Origin: an uncultured Oligoflexus sp.
Lineage (GTDB): Bacteria; Bdellovibrionota_B; Oligoflexia; Oligoflexales; Oligoflexaceae
Length of the DNA stretch: 10,829 nt
Direction of reading: 5' to 3'
Assembly: GCA_964236955.1 (NCBI GenBank)
Contig: CAXSGP010000084.1
Coordinates: 1-10,829, forward strand
The notes under the pieces are model-generated. The model saw only the letters and a program-made list of their open reading frames with translations, did not search any database and was not told where the DNA came from. Below are positions 1 to 7,202 of this stretch, in pieces. A program made the position numbers and the translations under genes. Positions within the stretch are counted from its first letter, which is position 1, and each line of letters opens with the position of its first letter.

Positions 1-327
1 AACGATAAAGGACTCGATGTTGGGCGCCAGCGCGCAGCCAAGGGTGGCGGCGAGATAGAGCCCCATTCCGCATAGAAGCGGTTGCTTGCGGCCAAAACGA
101 TCAGCGATTGGTCCGTATAAAAGCTGCCCAAATGCCATTCCAAAGAAAAAAACAGAGATTGAGAGTTCTATGTTGGAAAAGTCGGTATGGAAAGATTTCT
201 GAATATCCGCAAAGGCAGGGAGATACATGTCAATCGACAAGGGATCGAATGCGGTCAAGGTGCCGAGCAGGACGATCAACCATCGACTTTGGGTAAAAGC
301 CACCTCTCGAGCCGAGATTTGCGACAT
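1..327 (-). CDS. Bcr/CflA-family (DHA1) MFS drug efflux transporter, 5' portion; runs off the left edge
   Basis: Not in the ORF track. Manual translation: MSQISAREVAFTQSRWLIVLLGTLTAFDPLSIDMYLPAFADIQKSFHTDFSNIELSISVFFFGMAFGQLLYGPIADRFGRKQPLLCGMGLYLAATLGCALAPNIESFIV. It has the Bcr/CflA 'PLSIDMYLPA' signature and MFS motif A 'GPIADRFGRK'. Start is ATG at 327 (AAGG upstream) or in-frame GTG at 303. Confidence 0.93.
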   Translation of the reverse strand, partial: MSQISAREVAFTQSRWLIVLLGTLTAFDPLSIDMYLPAFADIQKSFHTDFSNIELSISVFFFGMAFGQLLYGPIADRFGRKQPLLCGMGLYLAATLGCALAPNIESFIV

Positions 328-421
328 ATAGTATAAGACCTTGTTCCAAGATATTGAAAAGCTGATAGGACTCCTGCTTCATCCTGTCTTATACATGATG
401 CACGGAGGAGGACCTATCAAA

Positions 422-538
422 TAATAGCCGATATTTCTAGAGGCACCAGTTCATTTCTTCAATTCCAGTTTTCAAGTTCTCCTTCCGGGGGATGACGGGT
501 GTCGCCCCTTGGCCTAAAATCCGAGTTCGTAGAGGCTC
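422..538 (-). pseudogene. IS5-family transposase fragment with an in-frame stop
   Basis: Reads EPLRTRILGQGATPVIPRKENLKTGIEEMNWCL*KYRLL, matching the recalled IS5-family C-terminal pattern 'E.LR..I...GA.PVIPRK.N...GN...DW.LYKYRHLVEN'. TAG at 437-439 sits where Tyr is expected. No similarity is seen outside this stretch and no terminal IRs were recognised. Confidence 0.75.
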
Positions 539-897
539 GTCCTTTTCACGCGTGCAAGGGATTTCTATTCGCATAGAAGCAAGGTCAATGAGCTGCTTTT
601 CAATGCAAACACCTCGCCCGATCAGACCAGAGCATGGGCCCAAAGGTGACGCGTGCGCTTCCGATAGAATTTTTCTGATATTTTATAAGGCTATGCCGCC
701 GACGCGAGAAAAACAGCTCAAGATATTTTGATGGGACGATCCGGGACTCTGTCGAGTATCGAGGCGACTTGGTTGTCAATCGTCATGATAGGGTAGCGGT
801 AGGATGATAGCCGTCAAAGGGCAGGAACTGAACGAAATAAGCCAGGCTCAAAGCGGCCCGGCTTTTGGCAAATATTCCCGAATAAATTTCATAGGCC

Positions 898-930
898 TAA
901 AAACGAACGCTATAGCCTAAAGCCTATAGC
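898..930 (-). terminator. Putative intrinsic terminator after the 943..1269 gene
   Basis: Stem GCTATAG (909-915) / CTATAGC (924-930), followed on the minus strand by GTTCGTTTTT; about 12 nt past the TAA stop. Confidence 0.5.
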
Positions 931-942
931 CAGGCCCGATTT

Positions 943-1269
943 TTAGTCAGCAAGGGGAGCAGGAGCTTCGTAGCTAAGGATAAACATGCCAAGACTAGGC
1001 ATTACGGCATCGACCGTCAGGCCGTCGATCTCTTTAACAACAGCAGCGGCACACGCTTCTGCTTTAGCGTTTTTCTTAACAGCAACGATCAATTTTTTCG
1101 TAACAGTCGGTTTGCCAGCCGTTACATCCAGTATCCCAACTGTGCTGTCGTCTTCTACCGTCGCAACACAGGAGACAGTCGCAACACTTTCTTTGATGAA
1201 ATTGTTTTCAGTAACGTTGGCGGGAAGGGTAGGAATCAAGAGCTGACTGATAAAAAGAAGTGAATTCAT
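943..1269 (-). CDS. Small hypothetical, probably exported protein (108 aa) with a C-terminal subtilisin-propeptide/I9-like pattern
   Basis: Part of ORF 943..1347. ATG at 1269 (MNSLLFISQLLIP) is preferred because GAAAGG lies 7 nt upstream. The N-terminus is hydrophobic, and the C-terminus 'KLIVAVKK...AAAVVKEIDGLTVDAVMPSLGMFILSY' resembles S8 prodomains. Confidence 0.7.
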   Translation of the reverse strand: MNSLLFISQLLIPTLPANVTENNFIKESVATVSCVATVEDDSTVGILDVTAGKPTVTKKLIVAVKKNAKAEACAAAVVKEIDGLTVDAVMPSLGMFILSYEAPAPLAD

Positions 1270-1648
1270 GTTTGAACCTTTCAAGTGTGGGAGTTCTGCA
1301 GTCCGAAAGGCCGGACCCAGGATCGCTATACCCCTTCTTAACTGCACTTAGGTTCGTTTGCAAGCCGCAAACCGCTGCACAGTAATAGTTTCATTCGCCA
1401 AAACAATTGGCTATTCGGCCTGTTAAGCCCGATCAAAAAATCGCTTTGCAAAATCCAGAGAGGATGGATGGGTGCTTGGAGATAACTCCCAAATTATGCT
1501 GGGGACTGTTCCCTTAAATTGGAATTTTGGGGAAGCAATATTCACGTGTGGAATAAAAAAACGCAAGAGGCCGACCAGGGGAATCCGCCGGCAGCAAGGC
1601 CACCGACATGAAATATTCACAAAGATTGGAAGAGATCTGAGGATCCCA

Positions 1649-2230
1649 TCACCTGACCAAGGTTGGCAATCCAGCGGCCACAGGATTTTCCACAATCTCT
1701 ATGTCATATAGATGTATCGAATACGGTATAGATAGAACTTTGTCGGCAGTATTTTTGATAAGCAATTGGCTTTCAAGCTGAGTGACCATTCCGGCCTGAT
1801 CATGCTGCACCCATTGTCCCACCACGCCTAACAGTACCGCACCCACCGACAACTGGGGGGCTGCAATGGGGTAAACGAGGAGGCTTCCCGTTGAGGCAAC
1901 ACCTCCCATTGGGGACCTGGTGGAAGCCGCATGATCGAGGACCGTGGGTGTTCCCGAAGGCACTTGCCAATCAAGGCTATTGAAGGGTCCGGTCCAGACC
2001 TTATTTTTATAGTGGATTATGCAGAGCATTTCTCTATAGCCTGCGGTTTCTGGTAAGCCAAGCTTCAGGCGATCGGGTGCGGCGACGTGATCGGCAGCAG
2101 CCTGGTAAGCGCACTCAACATTGAAATCTTCAGCCTTCATTTCGGATTCAAGCTTGGATTCAGCCAAGACCGACCGGCAGCCCATCAATGGAAACAGCAT
2201 GAAAATACCGAATCGAAACATGAATTGCAT
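1649..2230 (-). CDS. Hypothetical lipoprotein (193 aa)
   Basis: Hydrophobic N-terminus ending in the lipobox-like LMG-C18; GGGG 8 nt upstream of ATG; sigma28-like promoter 30 nt upstream; beta-strand-like mature region with no family recognised. Confidence 0.8.
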   Translation of the reverse strand: MQFMFRFGIFMLFPLMGCRSVLAESKLESEMKAEDFNVECAYQAAADHVAAPDRLKLGLPETAGYREMLCIIHYKNKVWTGPFNSLDWQVPSGTPTVLDHAASTRSPMGGVASTGSLLVYPIAAPQLSVGAVLLGVVGQWVQHDQAGMVTQLESQLLIKNTADKVLSIPYSIHLYDIEIVENPVAAGLPTLVR

Positions 2231-2259
2231 GCCAATGCCCCAGAACTAGGTGTAAACGC

Positions 2260-2287
2260 CTATCGGCATTGCTCCTCACCTTCTTTA
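2260..2287 (-). promoter_or_regulatory. sigma28 (FliA)-like promoter for the 1649..2230 lipoprotein
   Basis: Minus strand TAAAGAAG-N12-GCCGATAG versus consensus TAAAGTTT-N11-GCCGATAA; spacer one nt longer; correctly oriented 30 nt before ATG. Confidence 0.6.
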
Positions 2288-2482
2288 GGCTTTATCAAAT
2301 AAAAAAAGGGCTGCCTCTTATTCAATAGATATCAACAACTTAGACAACAGAACGGGTCCCGCTTCAAGAGGTTTAAAATTTACATTTTCAGCCTGACATT
2401 TATTTTCTCGCTTTTGGCGGTATTCGCATCGCTACGGCCTTATCCATAAAGTCGCCAGTTTCGTTCCTCAATCCCTGGTGCA

Positions 2483-3649
2483 TCAGGCTACCGTCCCAGA
2501 ATCCCTCGTTCGCACATAAAGCATGCCACCGATAACAGCTCCAACAAGAGCCATGCCCGCGCCCACCCATTGAGCCGAATACAAGGCATAGCCAAGACTG
2601 ATGGGTATCCCACCAAGGAACGCGCCCAGAGCATTGCCAACATTAAAGCCGGATTGACCAAGGGAAGCCCCGAAAGTCTCTGATTCCTGGGAACTGGAAA
2701 TCAGGAGCACCTGAATCGGTGCACAGATCGCCAAGGCATTAGCGCCCGTTAGAAACGCGAGGACGAGCATGGCTGCTTTGGATTCCGCACAGTAGGCACT
2801 GAAGAGGAGAAGGACGGACATGCTTAGCAAAAGCCCTGTAATGGTCTTTATGGGCTGATAGGCATCGGCCAGCCTTCCGCCGATAAAATTGCCTGTCGTC
2901 ATACCCAGGCCTGCGACAGTCATGATCCAAGGAATTGCCGCGGCACTGAAACCAGTAATGTCGGTAAGCAGGGGAGCAATGTAACTGAACCAGGCAAAAA
3001 ACCCAGCTGAGCCTATTGATGTCAGGAGAAGCCCGAGCCACAGATCCACCTTCTTCAGAATCACCAGATCCTTAATAAAGCTGCCATCCCTATTGCCCTC
3101 CAGTCGGGGGATCCATTGGTTGATACCGATCATGGTCACGACTCCGACGAGGGCAACGAGTATAAAGGTAAACCGCCATCCAAAATTATGTCCGACATAG
3201 GTTCCCAGAGGAACCCCAACGACGTTGGCAATGGTGAGGCCCGCAAACATGGAAGCAACCGCCGCCGCGCTTTTCCCCGGCTCCGCTAGACGACTGGCGA
3301 CCACGGCCCCAACTCCAAAGTATGCGCCATGAGGAAGCCCGGCCAGGAAACGAACGACCAGGAGTGCATTATAATTTGACGACAGGGAAGAGCTTCCATT
3401 GGCTATGGTAAAGACCAGCATCAGGGCGAGCAGAACATTTTTTGGCGAATAGCGGCTGGTGAATCCAGTCAGCAACGGAGCTCCCACGACGACCCCCAAG
3501 GCATAGGATGAAATAAGATATCCTGCTTTAGGTATAGTCACATTTAGCGAGGCCGCAATGTCAGGGAGCAAGCCCATCATAACGAATTCGGTCATACCGA
3601 TGCCAAAGCCGCCAAGGGCGAGTGAAAGGAGACTTTTCCTGACAAGCAT
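2483..3649 (-). CDS. MFS transporter, DHA1 family, AraJ-like (388 aa)
   Basis: ATG at 3649 (MLVRKSLLSLALGGFGIGMTEFVMMGLLPDIA) with AGGA 7 nt upstream is preferred over the ORF-track start at 3742. Motifs 'GFGIGMTEF', 'RFLAGLPHGAYFG', 'GLTIANVVGVPLGT', 'GWRFTF' and 'GGRLAD'; about 12 hydrophobic segments. Confidence 0.93.
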   Translation of the reverse strand: MLVRKSLLSLALGGFGIGMTEFVMMGLLPDIAASLNVTIPKAGYLISSYALGVVVGAPLLTGFTSRYSPKNVLLALMLVFTIANGSSSLSSNYNALLVVRFLAGLPHGAYFGVGAVVASRLAEPGKSAAAVASMFAGLTIANVVGVPLGTYVGHNFGWRFTFILVALVGVVTMIGINQWIPRLEGNRDGSFIKDLVILKKVDLWLGLLLTSIGSAGFFAWFSYIAPLLTDITGFSAAAIPWIMTVAGLGMTTGNFIGGRLADAYQPIKTITGLLLSMSVLLLFSAYCAESKAAMLVLAFLTGANALAICAPIQVLLISSSQESETFGASLGQSGFNVGNALGAFLGGIPISLGYALYSAQWVGAGMALVGAVIGGMLYVRTRDSGTVA

Positions 3650-3975
3650 AGTCGGTTCCTTGAATATCAGCAGAGTAATAGGACCACAAATTATTGGCCC
3701 CAAGAGAAGGTGCCCTGGACGCCTATCCCAATCTTTTTGCATGAAGTCGCCCTGTTTGCAAGCTTAGCGGTTTTGGGCAATTCGGGCGGCTTCCCCTTTC
3801 TTTGCATCTTCACCGGCTTCGCTAGCCCAGCAATCCGCCCTTCTCGTTCGGCCCGATGGCGTCATTTGCTGGGCCGCCGACGGGCACGGGGATTCAGCAT
3901 CAATCGCCGAATCATTTGAACGATGGTTTGGCAAATGATAGTTGACACCCTAATTCTTGGGGAGCCAATGCCGCC

Positions 3976-5952
3976 TCAGGCGCGCTGCTTTTTTGCACCA
4001 AAACGAAAGAACTTAGTGGAGGGCTTTTTCACCGAACTGTGCACTGGAATCCAAAGTCTAAAGGTTGTTCCACAGTTCAGGGAATCCTTGTCGATGCTGA
4101 CACTTTGAACATCGATATGGCCGCCGTAGGCGGTGAGATAGGACTTGGCCAGGGGAAGGCCATAGCCCGTGCCTTTTTCGCCAAGAGTTCCATGGCGACT
4201 GCTATTCTTGCTGGAGGAAAACAGGCGGGAAACCAACGATGTTTCGATGCCTATGCCCTGATCTTTGACTATAATTCTCACGCCCTGATTTTCAGCAGCT
4301 GAAGCCTGCACCATAATCTCCCCGCCCGGTCGGGAAAACTTGATTGCATTCGAGATAAGATTTCCGAGCACCTCGTTGGTGAGGCTTAATTTATCGGCTA
4401 GCACATGCAGTGAAAGATCTTCGAGATGGAATTTGAGCGTGACGTTTTTCTCGGCAGCCCGAACCTGAAACAGAAAGTCCAGGCGTTCGAATACCTCCTG
4501 GACCGCCACCGACTCGAGCTGCAGCTTTTGACCTTCTCCCAAGGATTCCGCTTTTAAAACAAAGCCTACAATTTCTTCGATCATCTCGACAGACCGAAGG
4601 ATTTTTGTCATGGACGGCACGTTCTGCTGTTTCTGATTGAGGTAATAGGCCATGCCCTTTATCACCGCCAGTGGATTGGCAATATCATGGGCGATCACCC
4701 GTAGCAGCCGTGCTTTGACCAGCAGAGTGACCTCGGCCCGGGTTTTTTCCTGATCCAGAATCTTAAATTTATTGGCCAGGGCTATCGACATCAGCATCAT
4801 CTCAAGCCCTTGACCGATCAGGTGCATATTCATTGTCAGGGGGTTGCTGGGAAGCATATTTTCCACTGCCGCAAGGTACATGAACATGCCGACCATGAAG
4901 CAGCCCAGACTGATGATATAGTAGCGGGCCGGCCCAAATCCCTGCCTGACCCGGTAGAGCCCTCCCCCGATCAGAATCAGGATCCCCAGCAGGAAATAGT
5001 TATCATAGACCATCGAAAGGGTGGCGCCAGGCAGATAGAAGTTCGACGCCATGAGCAGGATCAGGATCCAGATATAGGCGAGAAAAATCCGATCCAGCCA
5101 AATGGCTTTGGTGGTTGTCTGCAAAAAGGAGCGGGAAAAGATAAAGGCGGTCAAAGGTCCCAGTGGCCGGTAGAGATTGAGCAGAGGCCACCAATCTATT
5201 CCAAACCATGAGTGCATGCCCGATGGGAAATTGACCGCCAGCAAACCAAGGTGGCTATTAACCACGGCGAAGAGCAGATAATAAAAATAGTTGCGATCTC
5301 GAAGCGAGATAAAAAGGAATAGGTTAAAAACTATCATCGCTAACAATGCGCCGGCGATGATCGCGATATAGATCGTTTCTTCAGTATCCTGCTCGGTCAG
5401 GTGGTTCTCATCGACAATTTCAAACTTCAGATCGAAAAACAAAGGCGAATGCACATGAATGAGGAATTGCCCCTGCTGTTGGGCCGGAATCGTGATTCTA
5501 CTAACCGGGTAGCGCCGTGGTATGGCTTTTTCAAGAGTGACGTGGGAATCGTCCAGAACCCGGTAGACAGCGACATTCATCAAGGGATTTTTGCCCGAGA
5601 TATACCAGGACCCATTGGAACTCTTATTAACGATATTCAGTAAAATCCAAAAATGGGATTGAGTATAATTAAAATCCAGCTGAGCGGTATGGCCAGGGAC
5701 AAACTTTTCACGTATCGAAGGATTGAGAACCTGCTCAGCCGTCATCTGTCCCGATTTGTCTTCAAAAACTAAAAAATCTGAGACGACCTGCGATTCATGA
5801 AGGCTATCAATCTTTAACAACGGTTTGGTGGCCAGCTCTGCAGCAAGGCGGGACGGCACAAGAAAGGTCACAAAAACCAGAGGCAGGATCCTGGTAATCA
5901 AGTTCAGTAAAGTCTGATATGTGGTGAACTTGGTTGCGATACTTTGACCCAT
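3976..5952 (-). CDS. Sensor histidine kinase: 7TMR-DISMED2 extracellular domain + 7TM-DISM membrane domain + HisKA + HATPase_c
   Basis: DISMED2-like 'FEDKSGQMTAEQV...FNYTQSHFW'; 7TM-DISM 'GALLAMIVFNLFLFISLRDRNYFYY' through 'LEMMLMSIALA'; H-box 'IAHDIANPL', N-box 'NLISNAIKFS', G1 'DQGIGI', G2 'GEKGTGYGL'. No receiver domain. Exact start uncertain. Confidence 0.93.
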   Translation of the reverse strand: MGQSIATKFTTYQTLLNLITRILPLVFVTFLVPSRLAAELATKPLLKIDSLHESQVVSDFLVFEDKSGQMTAEQVLNPSIREKFVPGHTAQLDFNYTQSHFWILLNIVNKSSNGSWYISGKNPLMNVAVYRVLDDSHVTLEKAIPRRYPVSRITIPAQQQGQFLIHVHSPLFFDLKFEIVDENHLTEQDTEETIYIAIIAGALLAMIVFNLFLFISLRDRNYFYYLLFAVVNSHLGLLAVNFPSGMHSWFGIDWWPLLNLYRPLGPLTAFIFSRSFLQTTTKAIWLDRIFLAYIWILILLMASNFYLPGATLSMVYDNYFLLGILILIGGGLYRVRQGFGPARYYIISLGCFMVGMFMYLAAVENMLPSNPLTMNMHLIGQGLEMMLMSIALANKFKILDQEKTRAEVTLLVKARLLRVIAHDIANPLAVIKGMAYYLNQKQQNVPSMTKILRSVEMIEEIVGFVLKAESLGEGQKLQLESVAVQEVFERLDFLFQVRAAEKNVTLKFHLEDLSLHVLADKLSLTNEVLGNLISNAIKFSRPGGEIMVQASAAENQGVRIIVKDQGIGIETSLVSRLFSSSKNSSRHGTLGEKGTGYGLPLAKSYLTAYGGHIDVQSVSIDKDSLNCGTTFRLWIPVHSSVKKPSTKFFRFGAKKQRA

Positions 5953-6404
5953 TTCTTTGACGATAAGCGAATATTGCTACTATCGGGAACCGTGACTTAT
6001 TAAAGCTCGCTGGCCAAATTGCAAGGAAAAGTAGAACGTGAGCCATAAAAAGAAAAGAAAGGGAGCCGATTTTGTTGTGACAGAGTCTTCGTACTCCGCA
6101 TAAAATGGCCGACCCTTTGCATGTGTTCCCCCAAAAATAACCCAATTTCGCAAAAGGATTCATGTCTCCGTAATATATAAGTGTACCGAATAATGAGACA
6201 AAGATTGCAAGTTATGTTTGTAAAAGTATAGAAATGGCGAAAATTTATAGCCTTTTCGTAGCTTCGATAATGATTTCCCGAAAGGTGGCGCAATTGGCCT
6301 GCTCCCAAGTCGTCAGAACTACCTAGGGCAAATATGCGTTTCTACACCTTTCGAAAAAATGACCGGCATCCTATCGCCTTAGTCATTCCAATTCTTTGAA
6401 TCCA

Positions 6405-6441
6405 CAACGCAACAAGCGAGAGAGTCAACCGACTCTCTCGC
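6405..6441 (-). terminator. Strong hairpin, probable terminator of the 6494..6778 gene
   Basis: Perfect 11-bp stem GCGAGAGAGTC (6416-6426) / GACTCTCTCGC (6431-6441) with a 4-nt loop. The minus-strand tail TTGTTGCGTTG is an imperfect U-tract. About 50 nt past the stop. Confidence 0.65.
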
Positions 6442-6493
6442 ATGGAAACCCATGGTTTTCGTGCTCAGGCCTTAGCGTGACGTCCGGCCATGA

Positions 6494-6778
6494 TCAATGG
6501 GCAAGAGTGGACCTTTTCCCTGCCTTCTTGGAAGGAGCCGCACTTCGGCTCGTCCTTTTGGAAGCGGACACCAATTTTTTATGTGATTTTTTTGATGCCT
6601 GGACATGCTTTTTAGTCCGTTTCGACGGGGCTTCTTTTCGGTGCTCCGCCTTAGCAAGCGCTTGGGATGGGTGCTTCATTACATGGGCAGGCGCGACCCT
6701 GCGGGTGGAGGTTTGAGCAACAAGTGCGTAGGCGGACAGACCAACAACGAGAACGGAAACAAGGGCAAATGTCTTCAT
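6494..6778 (-). CDS. Small exported, highly basic, low-complexity protein (94 aa); Asr-like composition
   Basis: Sec signal MKTFALVSVLVVGLSAYA; GGAG 6 nt before ATG; 15 Lys, 7 Arg, 6 His against 2 Glu and no Asp; no aromatic residues after the signal; has its own promoter and terminator candidates. Confidence 0.85.
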   Translation of the reverse strand: MKTFALVSVLVVGLSAYALVAQTSTRRVAPAHVMKHPSQALAKAEHRKEAPSKRTKKHVQASKKSHKKLVSASKRTSRSAAPSKKAGKRSTLAH

Positions 6779-6865
6779 GAGGAACTCCGGGCAACAGTTT
6801 GGAACAGCAGCAAGAGCAAAAGGGGGATGAAGACCGGCGCGTAGCTGGCCTTTAGGAGGAAGCAG

Positions 6866-6881
6866 AGCAAGGAGCGTGCCT
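6866..6881 (-). promoter_or_regulatory. sigma54 (-24/-12) promoter for the 6494..6778 gene
   Basis: Minus strand AGGCACGCTCCTTGCT versus consensus TGGCACG-N4-TTGCW; one mismatch and exact GG-N10-GC spacing; about 90 nt upstream of ATG. Confidence 0.8.
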
Positions 6882-6897
6882 TACTTTTTGACATTCC

Positions 6898-6910
6898 CAA
6901 TCTCTTGATA
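6898..6910 (-). promoter_or_regulatory. IHF binding site
   Basis: Minus strand TATCAAGAGATTG is an exact match to WATCAA-N4-TTR, located between the sigma54 site and the upstream dyads, next to an A/T tract. Confidence 0.6.
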
Positions 6911-6920
6911 GAGAAGAGAA

Positions 6921-6962
6921 TTTTTTAAAATGAGACAAGGGCCGCTGTCTAAAATTTAGATA
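6921..6962. promoter_or_regulatory. Tandem 17-bp dyad sites, candidate upstream activator sequences for a sigma54 enhancer-binding protein
   Basis: TGTCTAAA-A-TTTAGATA (6946-6962, 7/8 palindromic) and TTTTTTAAAATGAGACA (6921-6937, strong right half-site); 25 bp apart; 40-80 bp upstream of the -24 element. Confidence 0.5.
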
Positions 6963-7139
6963 GGAGTATGGTCTAAGGACCAACAGGCAAACAGCGGGAC
7001 GTGCGGCAGTGAAAAATCAAAGGCCAGCAAGCGGAACGCAGAAACTAACGTGGCTATACTTTGATAAGGCTCATTCCCGTGCCAAAGTTGATCGTGCTTG
7101 CCCTCATCTCCGATAATCCAAACCCGTCCAGCCGCCGCT

Positions 7140-7187
7140 AGAAAAAACCTTTAGCAGAACTCATACTCCACGCTAAACGCTTTTTCT
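7140..7187 (-). terminator. Putative intrinsic terminator after the 7203..8996 gene
   Basis: Minus strand AGAAAAAGCGTTTAGCG...TGCTAAAGGTTTTTTCT forms an interrupted long hairpin ending in a T6 run, 15 nt past the TAA stop. Confidence 0.55.
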
Positions 7188-7202
7188 CTCTCCTGGACCA
7201 CC

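Noticed and set aside
108..296. Plus-strand 62-aa ORF
   Set aside because: Antisense to the clearly recognisable Bcr/CflA gene on the minus strand.
641..667. CAAA-N15-TCCGATAG sigma28-like site on the plus strand
   Set aside because: Weaker -35, different spacing from the two supported sites, and no credible downstream gene. An sRNA cannot be excluded but is unsupported.
437..731. ORFs 437..643 (-) and 492..731 (+) as real genes
   Set aside because: The first is explained by the IS5 relic plus unrelated upstream sequence. The second has no RBS or recognisable protein features.
1359..1374. GG-N10-GC (CGGTTTGCGGCTTGCA, minus) upstream of the 1269 gene as a sigma54 site
   Set aside because: The -24 element lacks the TGGCAC core and no supporting UAS or IHF site was seen.
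2298..2319. AAGAGG-CAGC-CCTTTT-TTT (minus) as a terminator for the MFS gene
   Set aside because: Only two G-C pairs in the stem and about 160 nt from the stop; too weak to call.
3650..3742. N-terminal extension of the MFS ORF to 3742
   Set aside because: Family similarity and a good RBS both point to ATG 3649.
5980..5987. CCCGATAG (minus) as a sigma28 -10 for the kinase
   Set aside because: No TAAA at 15-16 nt spacing.
5807..6308. ORFs 5807..6163 and 6000..6308 (minus)
   Set aside because: AT-rich regulatory-looking region, atypical amino-acid composition, overlap with each other and with the kinase start, and no RBS.
7069..7085. TTGGCACGGGAATGAGC (minus) as a sigma54 promoter
   Set aside because: Perfect -24 element, but GC is at N11 rather than the required N10 spacing and no gene lies immediately downstream.
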